A stretch of DNA of 64,000 nucleotides from Nitrospirota bacterium (GTDB lineage: Bacteria; Nitrospirota; UBA9217), in assembly GCA_963790205.1 (NCBI GenBank), contig CAWBNQ010000001.1, positions 960,001-1,024,000 of the forward strand. Direction: 5' to 3'. The notes below the pieces were generated by a model. It worked only from the letters and a program-made list of their open reading frames with translations. It was not told the DNA's origin and did not search any database. A program made the position numbers and the translations under genes. Below, in pieces: positions 48,338-59,349 of this stretch (positions within the stretch are counted from its first letter, which is position 1; the number at the start of each line of letters is the position of its first letter).

Positions 48338-48658
48338 ATGGCGGAGGAGATCATCGTATTGATAACGGCGAGTTCCAGCGAGGAGGCGGCAACAATTGCC
48401 GGGGCCCTCGTGAACGAGCATATTGCGGCCTGCGTGAATATCGTGCCTGAGGTGCGTTCCCTGTTTTTCTGGGAGGGAAAGACGCAGAACGCGGGCGAGG
48501 TGCTCCTCATCTGCAAGAGCAGACAGCCTCTCCTGGAAAAACTCATCGGTCGCGTGAAGGCGCTCCACTCCTATGCAGTACCCGAGGTCATTGCCCTCCC
48601 GATTATTGCTGGCTCCCGGGAGTACCTCGACTGGGTCAGGGAGAGCACAAAGGGATGA
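48338..48658 (+). CDS. cutA: Divalent-cation tolerance protein CutA
   Basis: 'AACVNI', 'FWEG', 'HSYAVPEVIALPI', 'YLDWV'. Confidence 0.93.
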   Translation: MAEEIIVLITASSSEEAATIAGALVNEHIAACVNIVPEVRSLFFWEGKTQNAGEVLLICKSRQPLLEKLIGRVKALHSYAVPEVIALPIIAGSREYLDWVRESTKG

Positions 48659-48846
48659 TTCGATTGCGAATTCTTCTCACATTCCGTTCATCCCTTTTGA
48701 CGCCAACAGCTGGTAAAATATTTTTTGAATCACACAACATATTGTAAACAAATTAAATTTTTATAAAAAAATATATTATGACCTTGACATTGAATAAGGC
48801 TTTATGTTACGCTTTGTAAGTCGTATGGGCTTTTTTTGGAGGTAGG

Positions 48847-49782
48847 ATGAGGGCACGAAAGTCAAGAAATACCAAGAAAAAAGAGTACTTTACCTTCATG
48901 TTCCTGCCCGGTCCCAACGAGCGGGTCAGAACTTTAAGCATTTCCAAGTCCGTCATCAAGTCAGTTCTTATTGCTCTTGCGGCAGTAGCCGTTCTCTCAT
49001 TTTATCTTGTTTACGAATACAATGACGTGAAAGGCAAGGTGGGAGAACTGCAGTCCATGCGCGAGGAGCTCATGCAGCAGAAAGCACAGGTGCAGAACTT
49101 TGCGCTCAACCTCCTCGATTATAAGCGCCAGATGTTCCTCCTCCGCGACCTCGATACGAAACTCCGCCGTGCCGTAAGCCTCGGGCCTCGGGACAAGGCG
49201 CAGCAGGTGCTCGGCATCGGCGGCCCTGATGAGCTCGGCCTCCAGAACCTGACCGCCATGGGAGAAAAGAAGCAGGATGAGGCGCTCAAAGAAATGCATC
49301 AGGAGTTGACGCAGCTCAAGGGCGCGGCGACCAGGCAGGAGACCAGCCTCCAGATGCTTATCGAGTATTTCGAGGACAAGCGTTCGCTCTATGCCTCCAC
49401 CCCTTCGGTTTGGCCCGTCCGGGGATGGGTGACCTCGCCCTTCGGCAACAGGACCTCGCCGTTCACCGGCATTCCCACATTTCATGAAGGTATGGACATC
49501 GCCGCTCAGACCGGCACTCCCGTCGTGTCGCCCGCCGACGGAGTCGTGATAAGGGCCGGCTTTGGCACGGGATACGGAAACATGGTGGAGATCAGTCATG
49601 GCTACGGCGTCAAGACTATCTATGCCCACAATTCGCGGCTGAATGTCAAAGCGGGTCAGCGGGTCAAGCGCGGTGACGTGATCTCTTACGTGGGAGATAC
49701 CGGATCGAGCACCGGTCCTCATCTGCACTACGAAGTACGGGTGAACGGGTTGCCCGTGAATCCTGTCAGATATCTTAATTAA
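48847..49782 (+). CDS. M23 family peptidase with coiled coil
   Basis: 'HEGMD', 'YAHNS', 'STGPHLHYEV'. Confidence 0.93.
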   Translation: MRARKSRNTKKKEYFTFMFLPGPNERVRTLSISKSVIKSVLIALAAVAVLSFYLVYEYNDVKGKVGELQSMREELMQQKAQVQNFALNLLDYKRQMFLLRDLDTKLRRAVSLGPRDKAQQVLGIGGPDELGLQNLTAMGEKKQDEALKEMHQELTQLKGAATRQETSLQMLIEYFEDKRSLYASTPSVWPVRGWVTSPFGNRTSPFTGIPTFHEGMDIAAQTGTPVVSPADGVVIRAGFGTGYGNMVEISHGYGVKTIYAHNSRLNVKAGQRVKRGDVISYVGDTGSSTGPHLHYEVRVNGLPVNPVRYLN

Positions 49783-50007
49783 GAGGTCCCTACGGTAATC
49801 AAATCCACCCTCAATTCTATCTTGCCTATGTCTTCTCATCCTTTCTCATATAAATATAAAAGGAAATGTCTATTGGCCGGGAAAAGGGCGTGGGGGAGTG
49901 ACTGGCTCTTTCCCTTTGTACTAAAACCGTGTACCGCCATGAGGTGACCGCGATACAGAGCCGGCATCCGACGACAGCGGACACAAGTCAAGGAGGGAGT
50001 AAGCATT

Positions 50008-50220
50008 ATGTCTACCGGGAAAGTGAAGTGGTTCAACGAATCGAAGGGGTACGGTTTTATCGAGCCGGAAGGCGGCGGAAGGGACGTCTTCGTGCACTAT
50101 TCGGCGATCCAGGGAGAAGGATATAAGACGCTTTCCGAGGGGCAGTTTGTGGAGTTCGAGATCACGCAGGGTGAAAAAGGCCCTCAGGCAGCCAATGTAA
50201 TGAAAGCAGCAGCATCCTGA
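50008..50220 (+). CDS. Cold-shock protein (CspA family)
   Basis: '[15 protein letters not shown]', 'DVFVHYSAI', 'KGPQAANV'. Confidence 0.96.
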   Translation: MSTGKVKWFNESKGYGFIEPEGGGRDVFVHYSAIQGEGYKTLSEGQFVEFEITQGEKGPQAANVMKAAAS

Positions 50221-50280
50221 AAAATGATCACCCCGCAGCTCCTCCGCGAGGTTGAAAAATGTTTTAAGCGCGATAATGAC

Positions 50281-50310
50281 CCCGGGACCCCCCAGCCCGG
50301 GTTTTTATTT
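50281..50310 (+). terminator. Terminator after csp
   Basis: CCCGGG...CCCGGG followed by TTTTTATTT. Confidence 0.6.
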
Positions 50311-50555
50311 GGCTCGCTCAGGCTCTGTCATGGTTCAGGTGAGAAAATTATCCAGCTCTAGCCCCGGAGTCCACCCCGCTAGCAATAGTATTATCCAACG
50401 GGGCCGGCAGAGATACGGAAAGTGAAATTCCAGATGACAAAGCCCTAAGTTCCAAGGAATATCAAAACGATAAAAATGTCTACTGGTATTTGATTTGGCA
50501 TCTGGATTTTAAAATTTAAACTCAGAATTTATCAGTAAGTATATTCCTCTGAACA

Positions 50556-50591
50556 AATAAAAAAAAGAGGGGCTGGGGCCGCCCCTCTTTT
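50556..50591 (-). terminator. Terminator after the DUF3373-like gene
   Basis: AAAAGAGGGGC-loop-GCCCCTCTTTT with a long T tract on the minus strand. Confidence 0.8.
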
Positions 50592-50609
50592 GTGTCCGTT
50601 TACCGGAGC

Positions 50610-52008
50610 TTAGAACAGAACGTCGAAGGTCAGATAGAGGTCCTTCGCGTCCTTGAGCGGTGCCAGCATCTGCTGCGTTGCCGGATTCGTTGTACTCAGG
50701 TCGGAAATTTTTACCGGCGCTCCGACCCAGTTGTTGCTGCCGGTATAGTCAAACTTGTAATATTGGTAGCCGAGCCGAACGAATGCCTTGCCTTTTTTCG
50801 AAATAGGCTTTCTATTCAGCTCCTGGATGAGATAGACCTCGTAGACGCTGCCGCGGGTCCCGAGTTTGCTCGTCCAGATGTCATCGCCTGCCGGGACCAT
50901 GCCGACCCAGAACTCTGAACCCCGGTTATACTCGGCGCCGATCTTTGTGCCTGAAGAGTTGAAATCATAGCGGCCGCCCAGATACATGGCGAACCCTGTC
51001 TGCCTTTCGGCAGGGCTGCCGGCATTAAAGAGGAGGCCTGCCTGGCCGCCGCTCAACTGGCCGTTGGGATAGGCTGTGCTCTGCGCGGCAGACAAAAAGA
51101 GATTGAGACCGCCCATCTTGCCCATTGCAACGCCGCCGATCCAGTCTATGTTGCCCAGATTCGCGGATACCGGCAAGTTCTCAGTCGTATTCGCACCACC
51201 TCCTGCCGGCACCGTCATGTTGATGCCGTCAGAGGGGCGGTCGAAGATGTTCACGCCTTTTTGATATTGCAGTTCGATATGTGCATTCTCGGTGTCGATA
51301 AGCGCCATATTGATGCCGTAGAAATCGGTGTTATTGAGCGTGGCCCCGGGATCCTGAAAGCCGGTATCAAAGCCGCGGCCGTAGCAAAGCTTTGCAAACG
51401 CGCCCGGTAAGGCCTCGATATACGGAGCATAACCGAGGGTCGCACCGTCAAAAGCGTAATCAACCAGAATGTTCGGTATGCCGGCCGTCCCGATCTTTTC
51501 CCGGTCCTGCCGGATGTTGCCGGGAATGCCGCTTGTGGACGGCCGGCGTCCGATAGAGAACCAGGCGGGAGCGCCGAAAAGATTGCTTACCGTGGCATAA
51601 GCATAATCGACCCGCAGGGTGCTGTCCTGCGGCACGTGGCCTACGGTGCCGTCGTTCGTGCCTCCGAACCGGTCAGCAAAGAAATTTCCCAATGCAGCAT
51701 TGGGAGTTTCTTGGCCCCATACCTTATACATAACGAAGCGTGCTTTTACACTCACATCCTCAAGGGCATCTGCCCTTAAATTCAGTCCAAAACGGTTGAG
51801 GAGCAGGGAGCCATTTTTTACCGCATATTCAGGAGTAGCAACACCGGATGGTGTGCCATCTGCCTGTACATAATCATGCACCGTACCCCTGAGCGAGTCA
51901 AACCTGAAGCGGTAGTCGCCGCCGATCTGCAGCCAGGAAGCCTCATCAGCTGCCGCCATGCCCGGTCAGGAAAAGCATCGAGAGAACTACCGGAAGGACC
52001 TTCTTCAT
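50610..52008 (-). pseudogene. DUF3373-like outer-membrane beta-barrel protein, frameshifted in the signal peptide
   Basis: AAGGAGGT RBS + ATG 52008 gives MKKVLPVVLSMLFL then a frame change; main ORF 50610-51959 has 'IGGDYRFRFD', 'SIGRRPST', 'SKLGTRG' and a terminal Phe. Confidence 0.7.
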
Positions 52009-52140
52009 TACAGAATACCTCCTTTTAAATGTGGTGTCGTGATTCGAAAGCGTCTTAAATTAAGTCCCTGATGAACTGTTAGATTGTTGAAACTATGCGG
52101 GCAAAAAAAGAGAGGTATAAAATGTTCCGTGAAGACTTAT

Positions 52141-52473
52141 CTATACCCCGGAGATCGCTTTTTTCTTGGCGGCGTGTTGCTCGAAGAGAACTTCTTTCAT
52201 CAAGGAGCAGGCCTCGATGACCTTCGGGTTCGATACGCGGTAATAGATGTTGACCCCGGCCCTTCTCGTCGACAGAATGCCCTTATGCCGCATTACAGCA
52301 AGGTGTTGGGATACGTTGGCCTTGGACGCCCCCAGAGCGGCCACGAGTTCGGTCACGGTTTTTTCCTCGGTTCTGAGGGTATTGAGGATTTCGATGCGTT
52401 TGGGGTTGGTGAGGGTTTTGCAGATCTCAGCCTGCATTTCGAAAATCGATTTGTCGGTCAAGATGGTCTTCAT
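52141..52473 (-). CDS. ArsR/SmtB family transcriptional regulator
   Basis: 'AEICKTLTNPKRIEIL', 'NVSQHLAVMR', 'NIYYRV'. Confidence 0.92.
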   Translation of the reverse strand: MKTILTDKSIFEMQAEICKTLTNPKRIEILNTLRTEEKTVTELVAALGASKANVSQHLAVMRHKGILSTRRAGVNIYYRVSNPKVIEACSLMKEVLFEQHAAKKKAISGV

Positions 52474-52914
52474 GTCTTTTTGTACACTTAACGCCATTTT
52501 TTGTCAAGCAAGAAATGGTGCACCATCTGGCACCTTTTCGCTGTTCTTATTTGGAATAGCCCGGCAACGCGAAAGCAGAAGGAACGCGTCCTGCTCCATC
52601 GCGACCTCGGCGGCATGATCGCAAAGCGTGTTTGTATCCGAGCTATCGCTGAAAAAGGCTTCGGCCGTAAAAGCGTTCGGCACGGAGACTGTGGCGCACC
52701 GTGGCAGAACAGCATTCGTAAACAGCAATATCCGGTGGCTTCGGAAGATTATTTTCTTGAATTCCTGCATAAAAATGATAATATGAAAAACCATGAAAAA
52801 GTCAGCGTGCTCTGTTCGATCGTAAGAGAACGCTGCTGATCAATATACAATACACGATACACGTTTGAGAACTCCGTTCTCTGACGAAGTTTACCGCAGG
52901 TGGAGATGAACCAG

Positions 52915-55548
52915 ATGATCGGTATGATCCTGAAAAAAGTATTCGGAACCGCGAACGACCGGGAATTGAAACGCATCCAGGTGCTGGTTGATAAGATCAA
53001 CGCGCACGAGACCGCAGTGTCCGGGCTCCCTGACTCCGGCCTGCGGGCCAAGACGGACGAGTTCAAGGGGCGGCTGGAGCAGGGCGAGACGCTCGACGAT
53101 ATCCTTCCCGAGGCCTTCGCCGTGGTGCGCGAGGCATCGAAGCGGACGCTCGGGATGCGCCATTTCGACGTGCAGCTCATCGGCGGCATCGTGCTCCACA
53201 GCGGCAGGATCTCCGAGATGAAGACCGGCGAGGGCAAGACCCTCGTTGCCACGCTCCCGGTGTACCTGAACAGTCTCAGCGGCAAGGGCGTCCATGTGGT
53301 CACGGTGAACGATTACCTCGCCCGGCGCGACGCGCAATGGATGAGTCCCGTCTATACCTTTCTCGGCCTGACCGTGGGCGTCATCGTTCACGGCCTCACC
53401 GATGAAGAGCGGCAGCAGGCCTACGGCGCGGACGTGACCTACGGAACGAACAACGAGTTCGGCTTCGACTATCTCCGCGACAACATGAAGTTCGACCTCA
53501 AGGAATATGTCCAGCGCGAGCTCAATTACGCCATCGTGGACGAGGTGGACTCGATCCTGATCGACGAGGCCCGCACCCCGCTTATCATCTCGGGCCCCAC
53601 GGAAGACTCCACGGACAAGTATTACAAGATCAACCGCATCATTCCGAGCCTCAAAAAGGAGGAGGACTACACCATCGAGGAAAAGACCAAGACCGCGGCC
53701 CTGACCGAGGAGGGAAACGTCAAGGTCGAGAAGATGCTCGGCGCGGGCAACCTGTACGACCCGTCGAACGTCGACCTCGTGCACCACGTACACCAGGCCC
53801 TGAAGGCCCACGCCCTGTTCCATCGCGACGTAGACTACGTGGTCAAGGACAACCAGGTCATGATCGTCGATGAGTTCACGGGCAGGCTCATGCCCGGCAG
53901 GCGCTGGAGCGACGGCCTGCACCAGGCCATCGAGGCGAAAGAGGGCGTCAAGATCGAGAACGAGAACCAGACCCTGGCCTCGATCACGTTCCAGAACTAT
54001 TTCCGGCTTTACGGCAAACTCGCGGGCATGACCGGCACGGCCGAGACCGAGGCGGCCGAATTCGCGAAGATCTACAACCTCGACGTCGTCATCGTCCCCA
54101 CCCACCAGCCGATGATCCGCATCGACAATCCCGATTTTATTTACAAGAACGAGCAGGCCAAGTTCAACTCGGCGATCAAAGAGATCGAGGAGCGGCACAA
54201 AAAAGGCCAGCCCGTGCTCGTGGGAACCATCTCGATCGTCAAATCCGAGACGCTGGCGTCCATGCTCAAAAAAAAGGGCATCAGGCATTCTGTGCTGAAC
54301 GCCAAGTATCACGAGATGGAGGCCGAGATCGTGGCCCAGGCCGGCCGCTACGGCGCGGTAACGATCGCGACGAACATGGCGGGCCGCGGCACCGATATCG
54401 TCCTGGGCGGCAACCCCGAGGGGCTCACGCGCCAGGCGCTCAAGAGCAAAGAACATTCAAAGGAAGAATGGAACAAGACCTTGGAGCAGTTTAAGGCGCT
54501 CTGCGCCGGTGAAAAGGAGAAGGTCATTGGGGCGGGCGGCCTTCACATCCTCGGCACGGAACGGCATGAAGCGCGCCGGATCGACAACCAGCTCCGCGGA
54601 CGCTCGGGCAGGCAGGGCGACCCCGGCTCGTCGCGGTTCTACCTTTCGCTTGAAGACGATCTTTTGAGGATCTTCGGCTCAGACCGCATTTCAGGCCTCA
54701 TGGGCAAGCTCGGCATGGAAGAAGACGTCCCCATCGAGCACCGCATGGTGTCCCGCGCCATCGAGAACGCGCAGAAGAAGGTGGAAGAGCACAACTTCGA
54801 GATGCGCAAACACATCCTCGAATACGACGATGTCATGAACCAGCAGCGGAAAGTAATTTACGAGCAGCGCCGGCAGATCCTGGCGGGGGAAGACCTCAAG
54901 GACGATGTGCTCGACCTGGCCGAAGACATGTGCGACGGCATCCTCGATTTCTATTGCCCCGAGAGCGCCTATCCCGAGACCTGGGACGTTACGGGCCTCA
55001 AAGACGCGCTTGCGGCCAAGTTCTCCTTTCGCCTGACCGATATCGACCCGCAATCCCTCCCGCGGGAGGATTTCCGCGAAAAGCTCTGGGGAGCCCTGCA
55101 ACAGAGCTATAATGACAAGGAGAAGGAGATCGGCCCCGAGCTCATGCGCCACCTCGAGAAGGTGTTCATGCTTCAGGCCGTGGACAACCAGTGGAAAGAC
55201 CACCTCCTGGCCATGGACCATTTAAAGGAAGGCATCGGGCTCAGGGGCTACGGCCAGAAAGACCCCCTCATCGAATACAAAAAAGAAGGGTTCGACATGT
55301 TCGAGGAGATGAAGCTCCGCATTGTCGAAACGACCGTCGAGAACCTGTTCAGGATCAAGGTCGCGGCAAAAGACCAGGGAGAACAGATCGAGCGGCGTCA
55401 ACGTCGCCAGATGGAGAAGCTCAGCTTTGCCGGGGCCGGCGCAGCAGCGGCGGTCCCCGCGCCCGTGCACGCGGCACAGAAGGTCGGCAGAAACGATCCC
55501 TGTCCGTGCGGAAGCGGGCTCAAGTACAAGAAGTGCCACGGGAAATAA
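52915..55548 (+). CDS. secA: Preprotein translocase subunit SecA
   Basis: 'EMKTGEGKT', '[20 protein letters not shown]', '[11 protein letters not shown]', C-terminal SEC-C '[19 protein letters not shown]'. Confidence 0.98.
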   Translation: MIGMILKKVFGTANDRELKRIQVLVDKINAHETAVSGLPDSGLRAKTDEFKGRLEQGETLDDILPEAFAVVREASKRTLGMRHFDVQLIGGIVLHSGRISEMKTGEGKTLVATLPVYLNSLSGKGVHVVTVNDYLARRDAQWMSPVYTFLGLTVGVIVHGLTDEERQQAYGADVTYGTNNEFGFDYLRDNMKFDLKEYVQRELNYAIVDEVDSILIDEARTPLIISGPTEDSTDKYYKINRIIPSLKKEEDYTIEEKTKTAALTEEGNVKVEKMLGAGNLYDPSNVDLVHHVHQALKAHALFHRDVDYVVKDNQVMIVDEFTGRLMPGRRWSDGLHQAIEAKEGVKIENENQTLASITFQNYFRLYGKLAGMTGTAETEAAEFAKIYNLDVVIVPTHQPMIRIDNPDFIYKNEQAKFNSAIKEIEERHKKGQPVLVGTISIVKSETLASMLKKKGIRHSVLNAKYHEMEAEIVAQAGRYGAVTIATNMAGRGTDIVLGGNPEGLTRQALKSKEHSKEEWNKTLEQFKALCAGEKEKVIGAGGLHILGTERHEARRIDNQLRGRSGRQGDPGSSRFYLSLEDDLLRIFGSDRISGLMGKLGMEEDVPIEHRMVSRAIENAQKKVEEHNFEMRKHILEYDDVMNQQRKVIYEQRRQILAGEDLKDDVLDLAEDMCDGILDFYCPESAYPETWDVTGLKDALAAKFSFRLTDIDPQSLPREDFREKLWGALQQSYNDKEKEIGPELMRHLEKVFMLQAVDNQWKDHLLAMDHLKEGIGLRGYGQKDPLIEYKKEGFDMFEEMKLRIVETTVENLFRIKVAAKDQGEQIERRQRRQMEKLSFAGAGAAAAVPAPVHAAQKVGRNDPCPCGSGLKYKKCHGK

Positions 55549-55651
55549 TCAACAACGCGGAGACAAAGAGACACGGCGAAGAGGATACGTGCGAACGCAG
55601 ATTCATGATTTAAGGTCCCCCCTGTCTCCTGTTCACTAAGTCTGATAAACT

Positions 55652-56458
55652 ATGCGAATAGCGGGCATACAGATAAGCGCCGGTCCGGACCTCGAGCGGA
55701 ACATCCGGCGCGCCATTGAGATGGCGGAGGTGGCTGCTGAAAAGGCCGCGAAGATCATCTGCTATCCCGAGCTCTTTCTTACGCACTGGTTCCCGAAGAA
55801 CGAAAACAAGTCATCCTTCTCTTTGGCATTAAGTTCGCTGAGCGGTACGTTAAGCCGGTTCCAGCAAGTTTCGGAGAACACCAGGACTGTACTGCTCGTC
55901 CCTTTCTTCGAATCCCTGGGCGGAAAATATTACAACAGCACGGCAATGTACGACTCCGGCAAACTGCTCGGGGTCTACCGCAAGATCCACCTGCCCGATA
56001 TCCCGCTCTACCGTGAACGTTACTACTTTTCACCCGGCGATACCGGCCTTCCCGTTTTTGACACGTCGCAGGGGAAGATCGGCATTCAGATCTGCTGGGA
56101 TAACCTGTTCCCCGAGGGCAGCCGCGTTCTGGCGCTCAAGGGCGCCGAGATCGTGTTCGCCCCTACGGCTGCCGCGCTCAACAACCACCGTCATTGGGAA
56201 ACTGCTATTTCGGCAAATGCCTTCGCCAACAACATATTCATTTTCCGGGTGAACCGTGTGGGCAAGGAGGACGGCATCTCGTTCTACGGCCGGAGCTTCT
56301 GCGTCGATCCCTGGGGTGAACTGGTCTCTGAGCTTGCCGGCGGCAAAGAAGCGATCGTCCTCGCGGACATCGATCTTTCCGAGCGCGTGGCGGCCTCCGA
56401 GACCTGGGGTTTCCTCAAGCACCGTAGGCCGGAAGAATACGGGGACCTGGCGAAATAG
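55652..56458 (+). CDS. Carbon-nitrogen hydrolase (nitrilase superfamily)
   Basis: E-K-C triad 'YPELF', 'YRKIHLP', 'ICWDNLFPE'. Confidence 0.9.
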   Translation: MRIAGIQISAGPDLERNIRRAIEMAEVAAEKAAKIICYPELFLTHWFPKNENKSSFSLALSSLSGTLSRFQQVSENTRTVLLVPFFESLGGKYYNSTAMYDSGKLLGVYRKIHLPDIPLYRERYYFSPGDTGLPVFDTSQGKIGIQICWDNLFPEGSRVLALKGAEIVFAPTAAALNNHRHWETAISANAFANNIFIFRVNRVGKEDGISFYGRSFCVDPWGELVSELAGGKEAIVLADIDLSERVAASETWGFLKHRRPEEYGDLAK

Positions 56459-56549
56459 CGGTTCCACGATGCTTCCCTCTCAATAATCTGATCGTTTCGT
56501 TCTCTTCGGCACAAGGCCTCTTCGCAAACGCCAACACGAGGTGAAGTAC

Positions 56550-57578
56550 ATGAAAGCCATGGTGTTGAGGAAAACCGCCAGCCTCTCTGAAAATAAATCA
56601 CCCCTTGAATCCGCCGATCTTCCTATCCCGGTTCCGCAAGAAAAAGAAATCCTGATAAAAGTCTCGGTCTGCGGCGTGTGCCACACGGAACTTGACGAGA
56701 TCGAAGGAAGGCTGCTGCCGTCGAAATATCCGATCATTCTTGGTCACCAGATCGTCGGCCGTGTGGAGCAACCGGGGAAGAACGCGGACAGGTTCAGGAT
56801 CGGCGACCGGGTCGGCATTGCCTGGATTCATTCAGCCTGCGGGAAGTGCAAATACTGTCGCCATGGCATGGAAAATCTCTGCAACGAGTTCAAGGCAACG
56901 GGCAGGGACGCTGATGGTGGTTATGCGGAATATACGACCGCGCCTGAGGACTATGCGTACAAGATTCCGGATGTATTTTTCGATGCCGAAGCAGCGCCGC
57001 TTTTATGCGCCGGCGCGATCGGATATCGTTCGCTGCGGTTGACGAACCTGAAGGACGGCGAGAACCTTGGGTTAACCGGGTTCGGCGCCTCCGCTCATCT
57101 GGTGCTCACGATGGTGAAACATCGGTACCCTCGCGCGAAAATTTTCGTTTTTTCAAGGACCGGGGCGGAGCAAGTGTTCGCCAAAGAGCTCGGCGCTGTC
57201 TGGGCGGGCAATACCGATGAAACAACGCCCGAGAAGCTCCATGCGATCATCGATACGACTCCGGCATGGGACCCGATGAAGGAGGCTCTCAAGAACCTCG
57301 AGCCGGGCGGACGGCTTGTGATCAACGCGATACGAAAAGAGGAAGCGGACAAGGGCGCCCTGCTCAAGGTCGATTATTCCCGCGACCTCTGGATGGAAAA
57401 GGAGCTCAAGAGCGTGGCGAATATTACACGAAGGGACGTAGAAGAGTTTCTTCGCATGGCCGCGGAGATCCCGATCAGGCCCGAGGTCCAGGAATACCGG
57501 CTTGAAGAAGCAAACACCGCTCTGCTTGAACTGAAAGAACGAAAGATCCGCGGGGCGAAGGTATTGAGAATCGGATAG
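56550..57578 (+). CDS. Zinc-dependent alcohol dehydrogenase family protein
   Basis: 'CGVCHTE', 'GHQIVG', 'CGKCKYC...NLC', 'GFGASA'. Confidence 0.92.
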   Translation: MKAMVLRKTASLSENKSPLESADLPIPVPQEKEILIKVSVCGVCHTELDEIEGRLLPSKYPIILGHQIVGRVEQPGKNADRFRIGDRVGIAWIHSACGKCKYCRHGMENLCNEFKATGRDADGGYAEYTTAPEDYAYKIPDVFFDAEAAPLLCAGAIGYRSLRLTNLKDGENLGLTGFGASAHLVLTMVKHRYPRAKIFVFSRTGAEQVFAKELGAVWAGNTDETTPEKLHAIIDTTPAWDPMKEALKNLEPGGRLVINAIRKEEADKGALLKVDYSRDLWMEKELKSVANITRRDVEEFLRMAAEIPIRPEVQEYRLEEANTALLELKERKIRGAKVLRIG

Positions 57579-57591
57579 GCCCATTTTAATA

Positions 57592-58518
57592 ATGCCCATG
57601 ACCGTCATGATTGTACTTATACTGGCGTCCCTGATTTTGTTGGTATGCTATGTTGCCCGCAATGAGGAACGGGAAGAACTCTCCGATAGTGTGAGAATAA
57701 AAGCCCCGGGAAAATTCGTACGGCTGCCGGACGGATCCGTGCACTATGAACTGGCAGGTCCCGCGGACGGGGAGACGGTAGTTCTGGTGCACGGCTTCTC
57801 CACCTGGTCCTTTACCTGGGACGCCACGTTTCATGCGCTTGTCGACTCAGGATTCCGCGTATTGCGCTACGACCTCTACGGCCGGGGCTACTCCGAACGG
57901 CCCGCCGTCGTCTATGATAAAGACCTCTTCGACCGTCAACTCTACGGACTCCTTGCTGTTCTTGATATCCATGGCCGGGTCGACTTCGTCGGCAACTCCA
58001 TGGGGGGCCTCATCACTACGACCTTTGCGGCCCGCCATCCTGAAAAGGTCAGGACGCTGACACTGATCGATCCGGCCTTTTTCTTTCTCGAACGCGTACC
58101 GTTTCCCCTCGGGATGCCGCACATCGGAGATTACGTGGGGCGTGTGTACGTTGTTCCTTTTATTGCAAAGGCCCAGACAAAGGACTTTAAACACCCGGAG
58201 CGATTCTCTGAGTATGATCGCATTTACCGGATCCAGATACGGTATAAAGGTTTTTCGCGCGCGATCTTGTCGACGATCCGAAGCTTGCCGCGCTGGAATG
58301 CCGCGGAGGACCTCAAACGAGTAAGCCAGACAAACACCCCGGTACTCTTGGTATGGGGCAGGGAGGACAGGACCGTTCCGCTTGCCGTGAGCGACAAGGT
58401 GAGGGCGATCGCGCCCCGCGCGGAATTTCACGTGATCGATGACGCGGCCCACATGCCCCACTACGAACGGCCTGAGATTGTCAACCCCGTCATCATTCGA
58501 TTTCTGGCTTCAAAATGA
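57592..58518 (+). CDS. Alpha/beta-fold hydrolase with N-terminal membrane anchor
   Basis: 'LVHGF', 'DLYGRGYS', 'GNSMGG', 'WGREDRTVP', 'AAHMPH'. Confidence 0.9.
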   Translation: MPMTVMIVLILASLILLVCYVARNEEREELSDSVRIKAPGKFVRLPDGSVHYELAGPADGETVVLVHGFSTWSFTWDATFHALVDSGFRVLRYDLYGRGYSERPAVVYDKDLFDRQLYGLLAVLDIHGRVDFVGNSMGGLITTTFAARHPEKVRTLTLIDPAFFFLERVPFPLGMPHIGDYVGRVYVVPFIAKAQTKDFKHPERFSEYDRIYRIQIRYKGFSRAILSTIRSLPRWNAAEDLKRVSQTNTPVLLVWGREDRTVPLAVSDKVRAIAPRAEFHVIDDAAHMPHYERPEIVNPVIIRFLASK

Positions 58519-58537
58519 AGGAGGACATTCGCTGATC

Positions 58538-59041
58538 ATGGACTTGCTCGAAGGGATCTATACGCGCCGGAGCATCCGGCGTTATACCAACCAGACGATC
58601 GGACGGGAGCAATTGCTCGAGGTCATCAGGGCCGGGATGTGGGCGCCATCGGGCCTCAATAACCAGCCGTGGCGGTTCGTCATCGTGACGAATGAAGAAG
58701 TTCGAACGAAGCTCGCACAGCAGACGAGATATGACTTCATCATCAAGAAAGCCCCGGCATGCATCGCCGTGTTCCTGGATAAAAGCGCGATGTATCATGA
58801 GGTCAAGGACCATCTGGCAATGGGCGCCTGCATAGAGAACATGCTGCTCGCGGCCCATGCACTCGGGCTGGGGGCGGTATGGCTCGGCGAAATATTGAAA
58901 AACGCCGATGCCGTAAGAAGGCTCCTCGGAGTTCCGGAAACAATGGAGCTCATGGCGATCGTGGCCCTGGGCCATCCTGAGGCGCGGAATCGGACATCGA
59001 TCCGAAAAGAAATTTCCGAGGCAGTACTCAGGGAATTGTAG
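58538..59041 (+). CDS. Nitroreductase family protein
   Basis: 'TRRSIRRY', 'APSGLNNQPWRF', 'ENMLLAAHALGLGAVW'. Confidence 0.93.
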   Translation: MDLLEGIYTRRSIRRYTNQTIGREQLLEVIRAGMWAPSGLNNQPWRFVIVTNEEVRTKLAQQTRYDFIIKKAPACIAVFLDKSAMYHEVKDHLAMGACIENMLLAAHALGLGAVWLGEILKNADAVRRLLGVPETMELMAIVALGHPEARNRTSIRKEISEAVLREL

Positions 59042-59349
59042 TTTCTCTCTGCGGCAGCTTCCCAACGCATTCGATAATAGCGATTCACCCTCTCACTCCA
59101 AGCCCTCAAGCGACGCACGTTACCGCACGGTATTCGAAAATCGAATACTTTTTTTCGATAATCAAATAAGAACCCCCGGTCTCCGACCCATCCACATTGC
59201 TCCGTCTAACCACAAGCATTTGTATCAAAAAGACATTTCTCTCATCAGTTCCGGTTCTATTCATATAATTTTGCTTTGGCATGACGGATGCACTGTAATG
59301 GCTCGATGAGATTAAACAGAGTATTCGTTTGGCAAAGCAGGAGCCGGTC

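Noticed and set aside
52488..52839. Overlapping 75-112 aa ORFs upstream of secA as a SecM-like leader
   Set aside because: No signal peptide or arrest-like motif; the region holds divergent promoters
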